This document shows positions 8,997 to 21,570 of a stretch of 64,000 bases of DNA, one piece after another. The translations under genes were made by a program, and so were the position numbers. The notes beneath the pieces were generated by a model, which was not told the DNA's origin, made no database searches, and saw only the letters and a program-made list of their open reading frames with translations. Where the stretch lies: the NCBI GenBank assembly GCA_938030705.1, contig CALHIR010000002.1:2515-66514 (forward strand). The letters are read 5' to 3'. Position 1 is the first letter of the stretch. The number at the start of each line of letters is the position of its first letter. The stretch comes from Candidatus Poseidoniaceae archaeon (GTDB lineage Archaea; Thermoplasmatota; Poseidoniia; Poseidoniales; Poseidoniaceae).

Positions 8997-11900
8997 ATGG
9001 CGCCACTTCAACGCCAGTCCATGCGACAAGGGCGTGCAGTGAGCATGGTGGGGCTTCTTCTGACCGTTCTCCTTCTTCCGATGGTGAGTGGAGCAGACAG
9101 CACCGTAACGACCAACACCACGTGGTCTGGAAACGTGGTGCTTTCAGGGAACGTGACCGTAGCGAGCGGCGCAACCTTGACCGTTTCACCCGGCACCACC
9201 GTCGATGCCAGAGATTACGCCATCATCGTAGAAGGAACCTTGGTGGCCAACCAAGCCATGTTCTCTTCCTCCATCGTACCTGAAACGCAAGGGTCCCACG
9301 GCCAGGGATTGTGGCCGGGTCTTGTCGTCGAGGTCGGAGGTCAAGCCAACCTGACCGAAGTTTCCGTATCGAACGCTTCAGCCGGGGTTTTGGTGCGAGG
9401 CGACTTCAACGGCACCGACGTGGTGTTCAACGACGCCTACCGAGGCGTCTCCGTGATGGGTGGGGAAGCCATCATTACGGGATTTGAGGCCAACCGAATG
9501 GATTACGAAGCATTGTATGTTGAGAGCGGGCTCCTCACGTTTACCAACGGCACGGCCACTGAAGTGGCGGTCGGCCTCGCCAATCACGCTACAGCCAACG
9601 TGGCTGAATTCACCGTCATCGAGGCGGGCGTGGGCGTCCAGTCTTACGGTGGCACGCTCGATATCTCTGATCTTGACGTTAACAACGCAAGCGTTGGTTT
9701 CGCCACCGCTTCGGGCGCTTCATCGTTCGTGCGAACATTTTGGGGCACAGGTCTTGCATTGGCCATCGATGCAGGAGATGCTGATGACGTTGAATTTCAT
9801 GTTGCTCGCCTCCATGGTGAACGATTGGTGGTGGGCCGTGGCGTTTCCTCGATACTCTTGAACGACGTGGGCTTCACTTCAACATCATCAACGGAGATGA
9901 GACCAGCCGCCGACATCCGTTGCGATGGCCTTTGCAAAATGGAGAACAGCATCATCGAAGGCGGACCCAAGCTGGGTATCGCATGGTCGGGGACTGGGAC
10001 ATCGCAGATGACCAACGTCTCCGTTTTCGCAGACGAACAGGCCGTTGAAGCCACGGGCAGTGGTCATGCAACTTGGGCCAACCTCACCGTCAACGCCTCA
10101 CAAACAGGCGCCTCGGTTCAAACGCCTACCAGTTCCCTGTCAAACGTTGAGGTTGAACTGACGTCAAACGAAGGCGTAGGCCTTGATGTTCTCGGAGGCG
10201 TCCATGATTGGACCAACATCACCGTCGAGAAACCCTTTGTGTCTACCGACCAATCTTCAATTGGGTTGAACGCATGGTATAGCGACCTTTCCATCAATCG
10301 TTTCACTTCACGAAACCTTTCTACCGGCATGATGTTGGAGGACACCTCGGTGGTCGTGCAGACGGCCGAGGCCAACATCGGAAGCCTCGCTGGGCTCCAT
10401 CTCATTGACTCAACATACCGCGGTTCGGACCTGACGACCATCGCACAGGACGAGGGCGTGCTGATGGAAGGCGACACGACCTTGCATCTTTCCTCTTGGA
10501 CGGCACAATTGCACGATACCCCCCTCATGATGTCCACCGACAGCACCGCCACCGTACGAAGTTTCACGCCCTTGAATACTGCGCCATCTTCCGCCGATGC
10601 GCTTGGTGACGGGACGCTTTACTACGGCTCAAGTTCCAACCCCACCATCAGCACCTCTGCTTCGTACCGCTTGATTGAGACCGCCGTCACCTTTACCGAT
10701 TTGGCAGGTCAACCCGTAGAGGCCCATGTTTCGGTTCACGGTTTTGCGTTCATGAGCGATAGCAACGGTGCCCTCACCCTTCCACTGGTCGGCAGCGGTT
10801 CGGTGGTTGACGTGACGCTTGACGGCGCTGGGGCCCGAGTTATGCTCTATGGGGGCCAAGGCGGTCAGTCGGTTCAGGTCCCTGTTATTCCTCAGGGCGA
10901 CTGGACCATCTCAGCAGGGCAAGACGTAGTGCTCGGGCCTCGTCCGGACGGCCAACCACACCAACTTCCTGGTGATTTGACGGTCGCAAATAACGGCGCT
11001 TTGACGTTGATCTCGACGAATGTTGTTCTTGCTCCCGGCCATACGATCTCGGTGGAAGGCACGGGGCAATTCATCGGCCAAAACGCCACCATCACGGCCG
11101 ATTCGCTCCAAGCCAGCGGCCAAAGCGTCTTGTCCGGGACCGATACTGATTCACTGACCCTTGACACGAACGTTCAGTGGGGCTGTTTGAACCCGGTTGA
11201 GGTGCAGCACCTCAACATCCTCGGTTCGCTGACCGTTCAACCCGGATGCGAGATTGACGTTATGGGCGGCACCGTTGAAGGAAGCATCACCGCCATGACG
11301 GGCGCGGTGTTCACCAGTTCCTCGACCCTCGACCTCGTGGTGCTGGACAAAGGCGAACCGGTTGAAGGTGCGCTGATCTCCATTGAAGGGTCCGTGGCGA
11401 TGACCGACATCAACGGCGAATTGTCAACCGAAACTGTTGCTCGGCGGGTCACCGATACCGGGCAAGTATGGGAGGGCATCAAAACCGTCACCCTCCAACG
11501 TAGCAACTTCTCTGATTTCGTCACATGGGACACCAACCGGTCGTTGACGCACACGTTCATGGCCTCCACCGTGCCAAGCGGGGACGTCTCTGGTTGGCTC
11601 GTTCTCGAACGTCAGTGGAGCCCTTACACCCTTGACCATTCACTGATGTTGCAAAGCGCCTCAACGATGTCGGTGCAAGACGGCGTTTCGCTCCGAATCT
11701 CGGAAGGCGCCACCATCACGGTCAACGGGGTCCTCGATGTTGGGGAAGCGACCCTCTCATCTACCGGCTTTGGGGCGCGCTGGGGCGGACTGGCGCTCGG
11801 GACGTCCACGGCCGCTGTGATTGAACTCTCAGGCACGCAACTCATTGAATCCGCCCCCGCCATGACGGTTTCTGGTTTGGGTTCCATTCATGCTGATGGC

Positions 11901-13688
11901 GTGTTCATGGCCCGTTCTGCAAGCGACCCGTTGGTCGTGGTTGAGTCTGGAAACCAAGCTTCGTTGGTCATTCGAAACAGCCACATGCAAAACGGAAGCG
12001 GCTGTGCTCAACTCTATCCTTCCACAGCCCTCATCACCTTCAGTAACGTCAGTTTTGCCGACTGCGAGGAACAAGCAATTTGGGCGCAACAGGCGCCCTT
12101 ACACTTCTCAGATTTGGTGATTGGAGAGGGAACGGATTGGGGGATGGAATTGACCGGTGTTTCAGGGTCCATCAACGGCGTAAACGCCACCCGGTTCCAA
12201 GGCACGGGGGCCATTCTTTCCCTCAACAGCATCACGTCGACCTTCTCCTTAACCGATGTCTCTGGGACGGTGTCGGGTCAAGCAGGCATCGTCGGGGAAA
12301 ACAACGAGGGCATCACGCTTGCGCGAGTTCATTTGACGGGAGCGCCCGCCATTGATGTCGACCGCACTTCCGGGCATTTCTCAGACATCAGCCTTGAAGG
12401 GGAAGGCAGCGGCACCGCGTTTATCTCCCATCACGGACGTTCATCGGATTCCTTGGTGGTTGAGAACCTCAACATCACGGGGTACAACGTCGGTGTTTCG
12501 CTTCATTCCGACCCTGGTGAAATCAGTGCGCCATTGGTGTTGCGCGAGGCACATATCGTGGTTTCAAGTGCGTTGGCAACGGAGGAATACCCCGTCCGCT
12601 TGGAAGCTTGTTCCCTCATAGGTAGCGTCGATGTCGCCCATGCCGATGTGGTCTCGGTCGACGGCCAAGTTGGAACGGTTTCCGTGGGCGAGGAAGGCAC
12701 GTTTTCGGCCTATCGAACGATGGCCCTTGATGCACAACGGGCCGGCGTTCCGGTCGCTGCATTGTTTTCGGTCAGTTATGGCAATGAACTGCTCGAACCG
12801 TTTAGCGTACAAGGCACCACCGTGGACGTTGAACTTCTTTTGCGCACCATTTCCGCCGCTCAAGAAGCCGTCGCTTCCCAATGGGTGGTGCAGGCCGACG
12901 TGGTGGGCTCACCCCTCGCTGAATTGACGGTGGACTCACCAGCCACTGCGCCATCGGTGTTGGTGATCAACGTCCTTGTCAATCAACCCCCGGCCATTGA
13001 ACTGCTTGAGCCGTATGCCGGTCAACGCGTGATGGAGGGCGATTTCATTCGTGCCTCCGCCACGGTGAGCGACGATATGGACGATGTAACCGGCCTGGTT
13101 TTGTCGTGGCGCGTGTATGACATGGCAGGCAACACCGTCCTACAAGGCGGTGATGAGCCGGTGTTCAACATCACGGATTTGACAGCAGGATTCTATATCG
13201 TTGAAGCGACGGTGGTTGACACCTACGGTGAGCAAGCCACCGCTTCCATGGACTTTGAGTACACCTTGCTGGACACCGATAACGACTGGTCGGCTTCCTG
13301 TTCTTCTGACACGTGGTTTGACCCCAACACAGGAAAGTCATGTGGCCCAAACATCTACGACCAGGACGACGATAACGATGGTTTCAGCGACAGCAAAGAC
13401 GCCTTCCCCCTCGACGCTTGTGCCCAAATTGACACCGACGGGGATACTCAACCCGATGTGCTGAACTGCCCCGAGGGCTTCACGAGTTGGTTGACCGAGG
13501 ACATGGACGATGACGGCGATGGAACGCCGGACGTGTTGGAAGGTGCCGATACTGGGGAAGCTGATGTGAACGTGAACGCCTTGATGGTGGTCATTGCGCT
13601 CTTCGTGGTGGTCGCCCTGCTCTTCTTCGCTCGTTTGCGCCGTGGTGGCCCGGGCGACTTGACATCACTTGACCAACAACATCTTTGA
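8997..13688 (+). CDS. Large secreted right-handed beta-helix (PbH1-like) surface protein with C-terminal TSP3-like Asp repeats and TM anchor
   Basis: ORF track starts at GTG 8961; the first ATG is at 8997. Signal-like MVGLLLTVLLLPMVSGADS. Long runs of short Gly/Asn/Thr/Val-rich beta-solenoid repeats. DQDDDNDGFSD motifs and the hydrophobic VVIALFVVVALLFF segment lie near the C-terminus. Confidence 0.75.
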   Translation: MAPLQRQSMRQGRAVSMVGLLLTVLLLPMVSGADSTVTTNTTWSGNVVLSGNVTVASGATLTVSPGTTVDARDYAIIVEGTLVANQAMFSSSIVPETQGSHGQGLWPGLVVEVGGQANLTEVSVSNASAGVLVRGDFNGTDVVFNDAYRGVSVMGGEAIITGFEANRMDYEALYVESGLLTFTNGTATEVAVGLANHATANVAEFTVIEAGVGVQSYGGTLDISDLDVNNASVGFATASGASSFVRTFWGTGLALAIDAGDADDVEFHVARLHGERLVVGRGVSSILLNDVGFTSTSSTEMRPAADIRCDGLCKMENSIIEGGPKLGIAWSGTGTSQMTNVSVFADEQAVEATGSGHATWANLTVNASQTGASVQTPTSSLSNVEVELTSNEGVGLDVLGGVHDWTNITVEKPFVSTDQSSIGLNAWYSDLSINRFTSRNLSTGMMLEDTSVVVQTAEANIGSLAGLHLIDSTYRGSDLTTIAQDEGVLMEGDTTLHLSSWTAQLHDTPLMMSTDSTATVRSFTPLNTAPSSADALGDGTLYYGSSSNPTISTSASYRLIETAVTFTDLAGQPVEAHVSVHGFAFMSDSNGALTLPLVGSGSVVDVTLDGAGARVMLYGGQGGQSVQVPVIPQGDWTISAGQDVVLGPRPDGQPHQLPGDLTVANNGALTLISTNVVLAPGHTISVEGTGQFIGQNATITADSLQASGQSVLSGTDTDSLTLDTNVQWGCLNPVEVQHLNILGSLTVQPGCEIDVMGGTVEGSITAMTGAVFTSSSTLDLVVLDKGEPVEGALISIEGSVAMTDINGELSTETVARRVTDTGQVWEGIKTVTLQRSNFSDFVTWDTNRSLTHTFMASTVPSGDVSGWLVLERQWSPYTLDHSLMLQSASTMSVQDGVSLRISEGATITVNGVLDVGEATLSSTGFGARWGGLALGTSTAAVIELSGTQLIESAPAMTVSGLGSIHADGVFMARSASDPLVVVESGNQASLVIRNSHMQNGSGCAQLYPSTALITFSNVSFADCEEQAIWAQQAPLHFSDLVIGEGTDWGMELTGVSGSINGVNATRFQGTGAILSLNSITSTFSLTDVSGTVSGQAGIVGENNEGITLARVHLTGAPAIDVDRTSGHFSDISLEGEGSGTAFISHHGRSSDSLVVENLNITGYNVGVSLHSDPGEISAPLVLREAHIVVSSALATEEYPVRLEACSLIGSVDVAHADVVSVDGQVGTVSVGEEGTFSAYRTMALDAQRAGVPVAALFSVSYGNELLEPFSVQGTTVDVELLLRTISAAQEAVASQWVVQADVVGSPLAELTVDSPATAPSVLVINVLVNQPPAIELLEPYAGQRVMEGDFIRASATVSDDMDDVTGLVLSWRVYDMAGNTVLQGGDEPVFNITDLTAGFYIVEATVVDTYGEQATASMDFEYTLLDTDNDWSASCSSDTWFDPNTGKSCGPNIYDQDDDNDGFSDSKDAFPLDACAQIDTDGDTQPDVLNCPEGFTSWLTEDMDDDGDGTPDVLEGADTGEADVNVNALMVVIALFVVVALLFFARLRRGGPGDLTSLDQQHL

Positions 13689-13697
13689 GGTAGCGGC

Positions 13698-14249
13698 ATG
13701 GTTGACCTCCCGGCTGCAGAAAACGTGGCGATGACCGCTGTCGCCGTCCTTGCCGCTATCGTGGCCTGGGACGCCTATTGGCTCACCAAACAACGACGAG
13801 ACGTCCCAGAACTGGGTTCTCTTGCAGGAGGCGGGTTTGCCTGGGCCAGCGAAGGCGTTCACGAAATGGTTCGACAGTGGGGTAACCTCGGTTCCATGGC
13901 CGCCATGATGGTGCTGCCTTGGGCGTTGCTGGAAGCGAGCAACACCCCGATCATTTACGCCATCCTTTGGGATGTGTTCCTGGCCCTTCACCTCATTTCG
14001 TTGCTGATTCCAAAACGCTACGCTATCACTTCCACCCACTTGTTCGCCGACGGCCAACGCTACCCGTGGGACCGTCTTCGCATGGCCAAGCGTCAACCAA
14101 AACGACGCATCATGCTCTTGCGCAACGGATGGGGCCCTTTCGGGCCGCTTCCGCTCGGTGGCGATCCTCAGTCGCTCGGTAAGGCCCGTGAATACATCAA
14201 GGCCATGGAGCAGGCCCGCCGAGGCGAGGCCTTCGCTGAGCAAGAGTGA
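13698..14249 (+). CDS. Hypothetical membrane protein
   Basis: 183 aa with 3-4 hydrophobic helices; co-directional 10 nt after the beta-helix protein. Confidence 0.5.
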   Translation: MVDLPAAENVAMTAVAVLAAIVAWDAYWLTKQRRDVPELGSLAGGGFAWASEGVHEMVRQWGNLGSMAAMMVLPWALLEASNTPIIYAILWDVFLALHLISLLIPKRYAITSTHLFADGQRYPWDRLRMAKRQPKRRIMLLRNGWGPFGPLPLGGDPQSLGKAREYIKAMEQARRGEAFAEQE

Positions 14250-14286
14250 ACGGCAGCCTCTTGACCTGCCGACATGACCCCGCCCT

Positions 14287-14715
14287 ATGGAGTGGACAAG
14301 AAGCAACGACGATCTCTTCGTGCGTCTGGACCCGGGCGAAGAAATTCATGCGACCTTGCAGGCCTTGGCCGACGAGGTGGGGTTTGATGCTGCCGCCATC
14401 ACCAGCGGCATCGGGCGAACAAGGGACAGCACGTACGGCTACATGGACGACGATCACGTCTATCACCGGGTGACCCTAGATGGCGGTACTGAATTGGTGA
14501 CGCTGCAAGGCAACCTTGCTCGACGGGAAAGCGGTGAGGCGTTCACCCATCTTCATGCGACCTTTTCCGACGACGACCTGAAGCCTCACGCAGGCCACAT
14601 GTTCTCGGCCACCGTTCATGTGGTTGCCGAAATTCATCTCCGTATCTTGAGCCAAGCCGTGATGACGCGGTGCCCGCTTGAGAACAGTGAATTCGTGGCC
14701 CTCAAGTTCAATTGA
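14287..14715 (+). CDS. PPC/DUF296-like domain protein (predicted DNA-binding, PD1-like)
   Basis: 142 aa. The pattern FVRLDPGEEIHATLQALADEVGFDAAAITSGIG...LQGNLA resembles the plants-and-prokaryotes-conserved (PPC) domain. Confidence 0.5.
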   Translation: MEWTRSNDDLFVRLDPGEEIHATLQALADEVGFDAAAITSGIGRTRDSTYGYMDDDHVYHRVTLDGGTELVTLQGNLARRESGEAFTHLHATFSDDDLKPHAGHMFSATVHVVAEIHLRILSQAVMTRCPLENSEFVALKFN

Positions 14716-16965
<2,250 letters not shown>

Positions 16966-17769
16966 TCAGCCGTAGAGCATGGCGTTGGATGACGGACTGC
17001 CCTTTTCAGAACCGGCTGCCGATTCCATCAGCGCAGAAATTTGCGCTTCGAGCATTTCCGCCTCAGCCAGCAAGGGCTCTTGCGGGAGGTTGATCGATGG
17101 CAGCAACGTGTTCAGCCGTTCAATCAACGCCGCTGCGGCTCGGGCGTCAGGCCAGCGAGGGTCGGCTTCCACCATGATGGACATTGTACCGAGGCCGCGA
17201 CGGGAGGCTTCACTGAGGATGCCGGCGTTCATGCCACGAATCACACCGGTCTCCAACAGGGGGATGTCCATGTCCTTGAGCATCTTACGCACGGTCTCGT
17301 TGCAGCCGATGCCGACGACGTCGATTTCCTCAGTGTCTTCGTATTCCACAACCGGGTCCACGCCGTCCATGCCGCTCTTCATGCCGGCTTTCGCAAAGGC
17401 GTCCACGACAACACCTGCAAGCACTTTGTGTTCCTTGGACCACTCAAAGAGCGCCCAGACAATCTTGTGGACGAGGGATTCAGGAACCACCATCTCACTC
17501 ATGAGCAAGATGACTTGGTCGCACCCTTCGATGGTGCACTGCGGCTTGCCGGCGTAGGCTCGAATGGGCGGCAGCGGTACGCCTTGGTTGATCATAGCAA
17601 GGGCGGGGAGACGTTCGTCAACGAGCCCGCCAACGAATTCAAGGTCGAGATGGTCGATGAGGTAGTGAGCCACGATGCTGGAGACCATACCGACGCTTGG
17701 GAAACAGGCAATGACCATGGCATTCTCGTTCTCAATGGAGGCGTTGATGCGTAGACTTGGGGTATCCAT
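16966..17769 (-). CDS. PAC2-family proteasome assembly chaperone-like protein
   Basis: 267 aa; CFPSVGMVSSIVAHYLIDHLDLEFVGGL...LPPIRAY matches archaeal PAC2 (COG1938). Confidence 0.7.
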   Translation of the reverse strand: MDTPSLRINASIENENAMVIACFPSVGMVSSIVAHYLIDHLDLEFVGGLVDERLPALAMINQGVPLPPIRAYAGKPQCTIEGCDQVILLMSEMVVPESLVHKIVWALFEWSKEHKVLAGVVVDAFAKAGMKSGMDGVDPVVEYEDTEEIDVVGIGCNETVRKMLKDMDIPLLETGVIRGMNAGILSEASRRGLGTMSIMVEADPRWPDARAAAALIERLNTLLPSINLPQEPLLAEAEMLEAQISALMESAAGSEKGSPSSNAMLYG

Positions 17770-17853
17770 GGTGCAGGGTGCGGCCCGATGCCCTTCAACA
17801 CTTTCCCCGTTTGGTCACAAAACCTTCATCATCAACGATACGGCCCTCAGGGC

Positions 17854-19038
17854 ATGGATGAGAGTGCACCTGAGAGGCCACGAGCGCATCAACTCTCTCC
17901 CTCGGCTTGGAACCGATACGAAACCTGTCCCCGGATGTATTGGTTGAGTCGCCAACGGCTGCCGCGCAAAGCGGGCATGGCTGCTTCTTTGGGCACAGCC
18001 GTTCACGCTTCGATAGAAGATTTGCTCAACATGGACTTGGCCGGTAAAGACGATGCGGAAACTGGCTGGCTTCCCCTTCAAGCAGAACGATTTCTGAAGG
18101 CCCGTTGGGACGAGGAGAAAACCGTCTTCATGGCGACCCCCAGGAGGCCCGATTGGAAAGATGCCAAATGGAGCGAAGCCAAGAAGCAACAACGAGGCGG
18201 CATCGTCCTGCTCCTGGACCACATCGGCGCCAAACACCTCAATCACGAACAGGTAACCGTCGCCCTTTGGCGGCACCTTCAATCGTTGACCATCGCCGTT
18301 GAGGGTGAACTCAGAACCAGCGACGGCCGCTTGATGGGGCGGCTTGACCTCCTCTTTGCCGATGTCGACGATGCGGGGGAAATGCAAGGTTGGTTGGTCG
18401 CCGATTTGAAGACCGGCAACGCCCCGACCAAGGAACTCAAGCCCGAGGTGAACCGGCAACTTCGGATGTACAGGGACATTTTGCTGGCCAACAACCCTTC
18501 GGCCCCGCCAGTCCGCACGGAGGGATGGTACACCAAAACGGCGTCCAAATGGGCGGCTGAGGGCGAAAGTGTCCTCGAACAAGCCTATGCGGCTTGGGAA
18601 GCCACGCAACCGACCACCATGCCCATGTCACCAACGCCTGGACCGGACAGTTGTGGAGGGTTTTGCGATTGGAAAGCTTGGTGCCCGCACTGGTGGACAT
18701 GGCGCCAGGAATCCGGCACATTACACCAGGGCGATTTTTGCGATGCCGTGGTGCTTCTTCATCGGTACGAGGCATCGTCGGGCGCAGCGGTTTTGGAACT
18801 CTGTGAGCCGCTGGACGAGACCGGCCGTGCGATTCCGACGGGTCACCAAATCTCCGCAAAGTTCGACGGTCGCGGCAAAGAGGTGCTGGAAGACCTCCAG
18901 TCCACGGGCCATCAAGGCGCTTTGTTCCTCGGGTCGGTCATGACGGGTCGGGGAACGTGGCGGATTGGACCTTGGTGCGATGTACTCCCATGGTCGCCGA
19001 TGCCCGATGATGTGCCCTACGAGCGGAGTTCTTCATGA
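17854..19038 (+). CDS. Stand-alone Cas4-like PD-(D/E)xK nuclease with 4-Cys Fe-S cluster signature
   Basis: N-terminal Cys (YETCPRMYW). Nuclease motifs GRLDLLFADVDD...VADLKTG and QLRMY (QxxxY). C-terminal CGGFCDWKAWC. The track ORF starts at 17788, only 18 nt from the divergent PAC2 start; the internal ATG at 17854 is the more plausible start. Confidence 0.65.
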   Translation: MDESAPERPRAHQLSPSAWNRYETCPRMYWLSRQRLPRKAGMAASLGTAVHASIEDLLNMDLAGKDDAETGWLPLQAERFLKARWDEEKTVFMATPRRPDWKDAKWSEAKKQQRGGIVLLLDHIGAKHLNHEQVTVALWRHLQSLTIAVEGELRTSDGRLMGRLDLLFADVDDAGEMQGWLVADLKTGNAPTKELKPEVNRQLRMYRDILLANNPSAPPVRTEGWYTKTASKWAAEGESVLEQAYAAWEATQPTTMPMSPTPGPDSCGGFCDWKAWCPHWWTWRQESGTLHQGDFCDAVVLLHRYEASSGAAVLELCEPLDETGRAIPTGHQISAKFDGRGKEVLEDLQSTGHQGALFLGSVMTGRGTWRIGPWCDVLPWSPMPDDVPYERSSS

Positions 19039-19851
19039 ACGAAGATGTTCTTTGATGCGCTGCTTGGTCGCATCGCATTCCAATCCGTTGGAGGACAGGA
19101 GCCATCCGATGTAGGACGGGTCATTGGTTTGAACTTCTGACAAATAGCGGCCCCGATGCCGTCCAAAGGCCAGAACGAGTTCGCCGCCGTCTTCCCTGAC
19201 TTTCCCCATGGCGTCCACCGGCACCAGATCGTCGAGGCCGCGCCCCAACGCCGAGGCGTCTTTGGGTCGGTCACCGTGGGCAATCCAACGTTCCAGTTCG
19301 GGAAGCGAACGGCGAAAGACGGCAGCATGTTCAACGGAGAGGCGCCAAAACAACAGCATGGTCGCCGCTGCATCGGCTGCCGCCGTGTGAGCCGCTTCTA
19401 GTCGTATGCCGTGGCGCCGACACAAAGCGCCGAGGTTGTGTGGCCGAGGCAGACGAAGTCGGCGAACCAACTCCAGGGTGTCCATGATCGCCTTCGGTTG
19501 TGGGGCGAGACGACCCATGCGTAGGAATTCAGTTTTCAGCATGGCGTAGTCAAAACTTCGGACGTTATGACCCACGAGGATGGCGCCTTCAATCAACTCA
19601 GCCAACTCGTCAGCAACCTCGGAAAGTGGGGGTTTGTCCCGCACATCTTCGTTGAAGATGCCGTGAATCTGACTGGCGTCGTAGGGAATACGAATCCCCG
19701 GCTTCACGACCTGTTCTCGGTTGACCGGCGTACCGTCTTCGAGTGTTCCGATGAGGGCAAATTGAACGATACGGTCGTTGTTGGTTGAAACGCCTGTGGT
19801 CTCCAAATCGAAAGCCAAGACTTTCTCACCTACGAAAAGGTCCTGTGCCAT
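19033..19851 (-). CDS. DEDDh 3'-5' exonuclease (DnaQ/epsilon-like) with C-terminal extension
   Basis: VLAFDLETTG (Exo I), VGHNVRSFDYAML (Exo II) and HTAAADA (Exo III) motifs. Convergent with the Cas4-like gene, overlapping by 6 nt. Confidence 0.8.
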   Translation of the reverse strand: MAQDLFVGEKVLAFDLETTGVSTNNDRIVQFALIGTLEDGTPVNREQVVKPGIRIPYDASQIHGIFNEDVRDKPPLSEVADELAELIEGAILVGHNVRSFDYAMLKTEFLRMGRLAPQPKAIMDTLELVRRLRLPRPHNLGALCRRHGIRLEAAHTAAADAAATMLLFWRLSVEHAAVFRRSLPELERWIAHGDRPKDASALGRGLDDLVPVDAMGKVREDGGELVLAFGRHRGRYLSEVQTNDPSYIGWLLSSNGLECDATKQRIKEHLRS

Positions 19852-19918
19852 GAGCGATTACCTGTGGGCGCCCCCTTTGAACATCACTCTCAAACACGAT
19901 GACCCCCTCAGCATCGCC

Positions 19919-20299
19919 ATGGGCTTGAGAGATTGGTTCAAATCCGACTCATCGAACAAGAAAACTCGCCCTGTCGAGGCACCATTGGTGGACGAAGATA
20001 TACCTCAGGAAGAAGCCTTTGCGGAACTTCAAGAAGCCAAAACAAACGAAGCCCTGTCGTTGTTTGACGAAGAGGAACCACCTGCGGTGGTGGAGGCGCT
20101 GGTGGCGGCACCCTACGACGCCGGGGAAGCTTCCTTTGACGATTTAATGGCCGAAGAAGACGAGAGTTTCACCCACGTGGATGAGGTGGATATCGTCGAT
20201 GTCGCATCGCTTGACGACCCCTACCTGCAGGCCACTGTCGAGGGCGATGTACCCGAAGCGGTGGTCTTTGACGAGGACGAAAACTCTACTTCTGTTTAA
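19919..20299 (+). CDS. Hypothetical highly acidic protein
   Basis: The ORF could begin at 19778/19850, but its ATG 19850-52 overlaps the exonuclease start (CATG) on the other strand; the internal ATG 19919 is more plausible. Glu/Asp-rich and low-complexity, so it may not be real. Confidence 0.3.
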   Translation: MGLRDWFKSDSSNKKTRPVEAPLVDEDIPQEEAFAELQEAKTNEALSLFDEEEPPAVVEALVAAPYDAGEASFDDLMAEEDESFTHVDEVDIVDVASLDDPYLQATVEGDVPEAVVFDEDENSTSV

Positions 20300-20344
20300 T
20301 CTGGACTCCCGAACCATTAGAAAGGGTAAGGTCGGCCTTGTTTC

Positions 20345-21532
20345 ATGGTGCGCAGACGAGCAGAGCGGATTTTCGCTTTGGTCGTGGTTCAAACCCTGCT
20401 GTTGAGTTTCATGGCGGGATGCACAGGGGCGCTTGATACCACCGTGGACCCACGGGCCACCCTCGAAGCTTACCCCGCTCTCATCCAAGAAGGCGAGATG
20501 GTCACGCTTGACGCCAGGGCCTCCTCTCCGGTTGAAGGCCTCATCACCAATTATGCTTGGGATTTTGGTGATGGAACCACGGCTGAAACAATCGTTGGCT
20601 TCACGTCCCACACCTACCTTTCTTTCGGACAGTACACCGTCCGCCTTACCGTTACCAACGACCAAGGCGGTATGGATGACGCCATCGCTACCATTGTCGT
20701 CAACGGGGCTCCAAGCATCGACATCACCATGCCCGATGCCGTTCGTGCCGGTGATGCAGCGCTGCTGGATGCGAGCGCTTCTTTTGATCCCGAGGGCGAT
20801 GATCTGACGTTTAGTTGGGACTTGAACACGGCCGAAGACAGCGACGGCGATGGCGATGCTCGCAACGACGCCGACGCAACAACGCCAACAGTCTTGCTCG
20901 ATACGTCCGCTTCGGGCATCATCAACGGTGTTTTGCGCGTTGATGACGCTGCAGGCGCCTATGCTTTGGAACCGTTTGTGGTGAACGTGACCACCCGTAC
21001 GTTCCAAGTGACGTGGATCACCGAAACGTACGAAATGGCGTGGGACGAGTACCTCGACCAAGGAGAGACCTGGTCCGGAAACATGACGCCCGGTGAAATT
21101 GGGCGGGTGTTGTCGTTCAACGCCATGTTGGAGTTGGACCAAGACGTCGCCCCGCCGCACGATAATTTCACCTTGGCTCTTCACATCGTTGAAGACAATT
21201 ACAAGCGAACCGTGGCCACCGAGCCGGGCAATTATTCCACCAATGAACCCGCACGAGCAGAGATGGCTGATGATGGCATGAACGCCCCTGGTGAAGACGG
21301 GATGTACACCTCCGATTCGGCTGAAATCTTGCTTCAAATGCTGCTCCGTTCGAAAGACAGCGGGCAAGGTCAAGGCCCATGGGTTTGGTCGGTGGTGGCA
21401 CAGCAATCCGACCCCGATGCCTTCATTGGAGAGATTGACCCCGACCCTGGGAACGATTGGACCTTGACGGTGGAAGTTATTGTCATGCGCCCCTCATTGA
21501 CCGAGGTCGCCGTCGGTGCTACGAGCGAGTGA
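20345..21532 (+). CDS. PKD-domain surface lipoprotein
   Basis: Signal sequence plus lipobox-like LSFMAGCTG. Canonical PKD motif ITNYAWDFGDGTT...YTVRLTVTNDQGG. A second degenerate PKD-like repeat (FSWDLN). Confidence 0.8.
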   Translation: MVRRRAERIFALVVVQTLLLSFMAGCTGALDTTVDPRATLEAYPALIQEGEMVTLDARASSPVEGLITNYAWDFGDGTTAETIVGFTSHTYLSFGQYTVRLTVTNDQGGMDDAIATIVVNGAPSIDITMPDAVRAGDAALLDASASFDPEGDDLTFSWDLNTAEDSDGDGDARNDADATTPTVLLDTSASGIINGVLRVDDAAGAYALEPFVVNVTTRTFQVTWITETYEMAWDEYLDQGETWSGNMTPGEIGRVLSFNAMLELDQDVAPPHDNFTLALHIVEDNYKRTVATEPGNYSTNEPARAEMADDGMNAPGEDGMYTSDSAEILLQMLLRSKDSGQGQGPWVWSVVAQQSDPDAFIGEIDPDPGNDWTLTVEVIVMRPSLTEVAVGATSE

Positions 21533-21570
21533 AAGCGAAAGGGGTATGAAGCGGGGCCGTTTGGCAGGGA

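Noticed and set aside
20144-21406. 420-aa minus-strand ORF overlapping the PKD lipoprotein gene
   Set aside because: The + strand gene has a canonical PKD motif and a lipobox signal. The minus ORF is R/G/H-rich with no motifs, so it is a shadow ORF.
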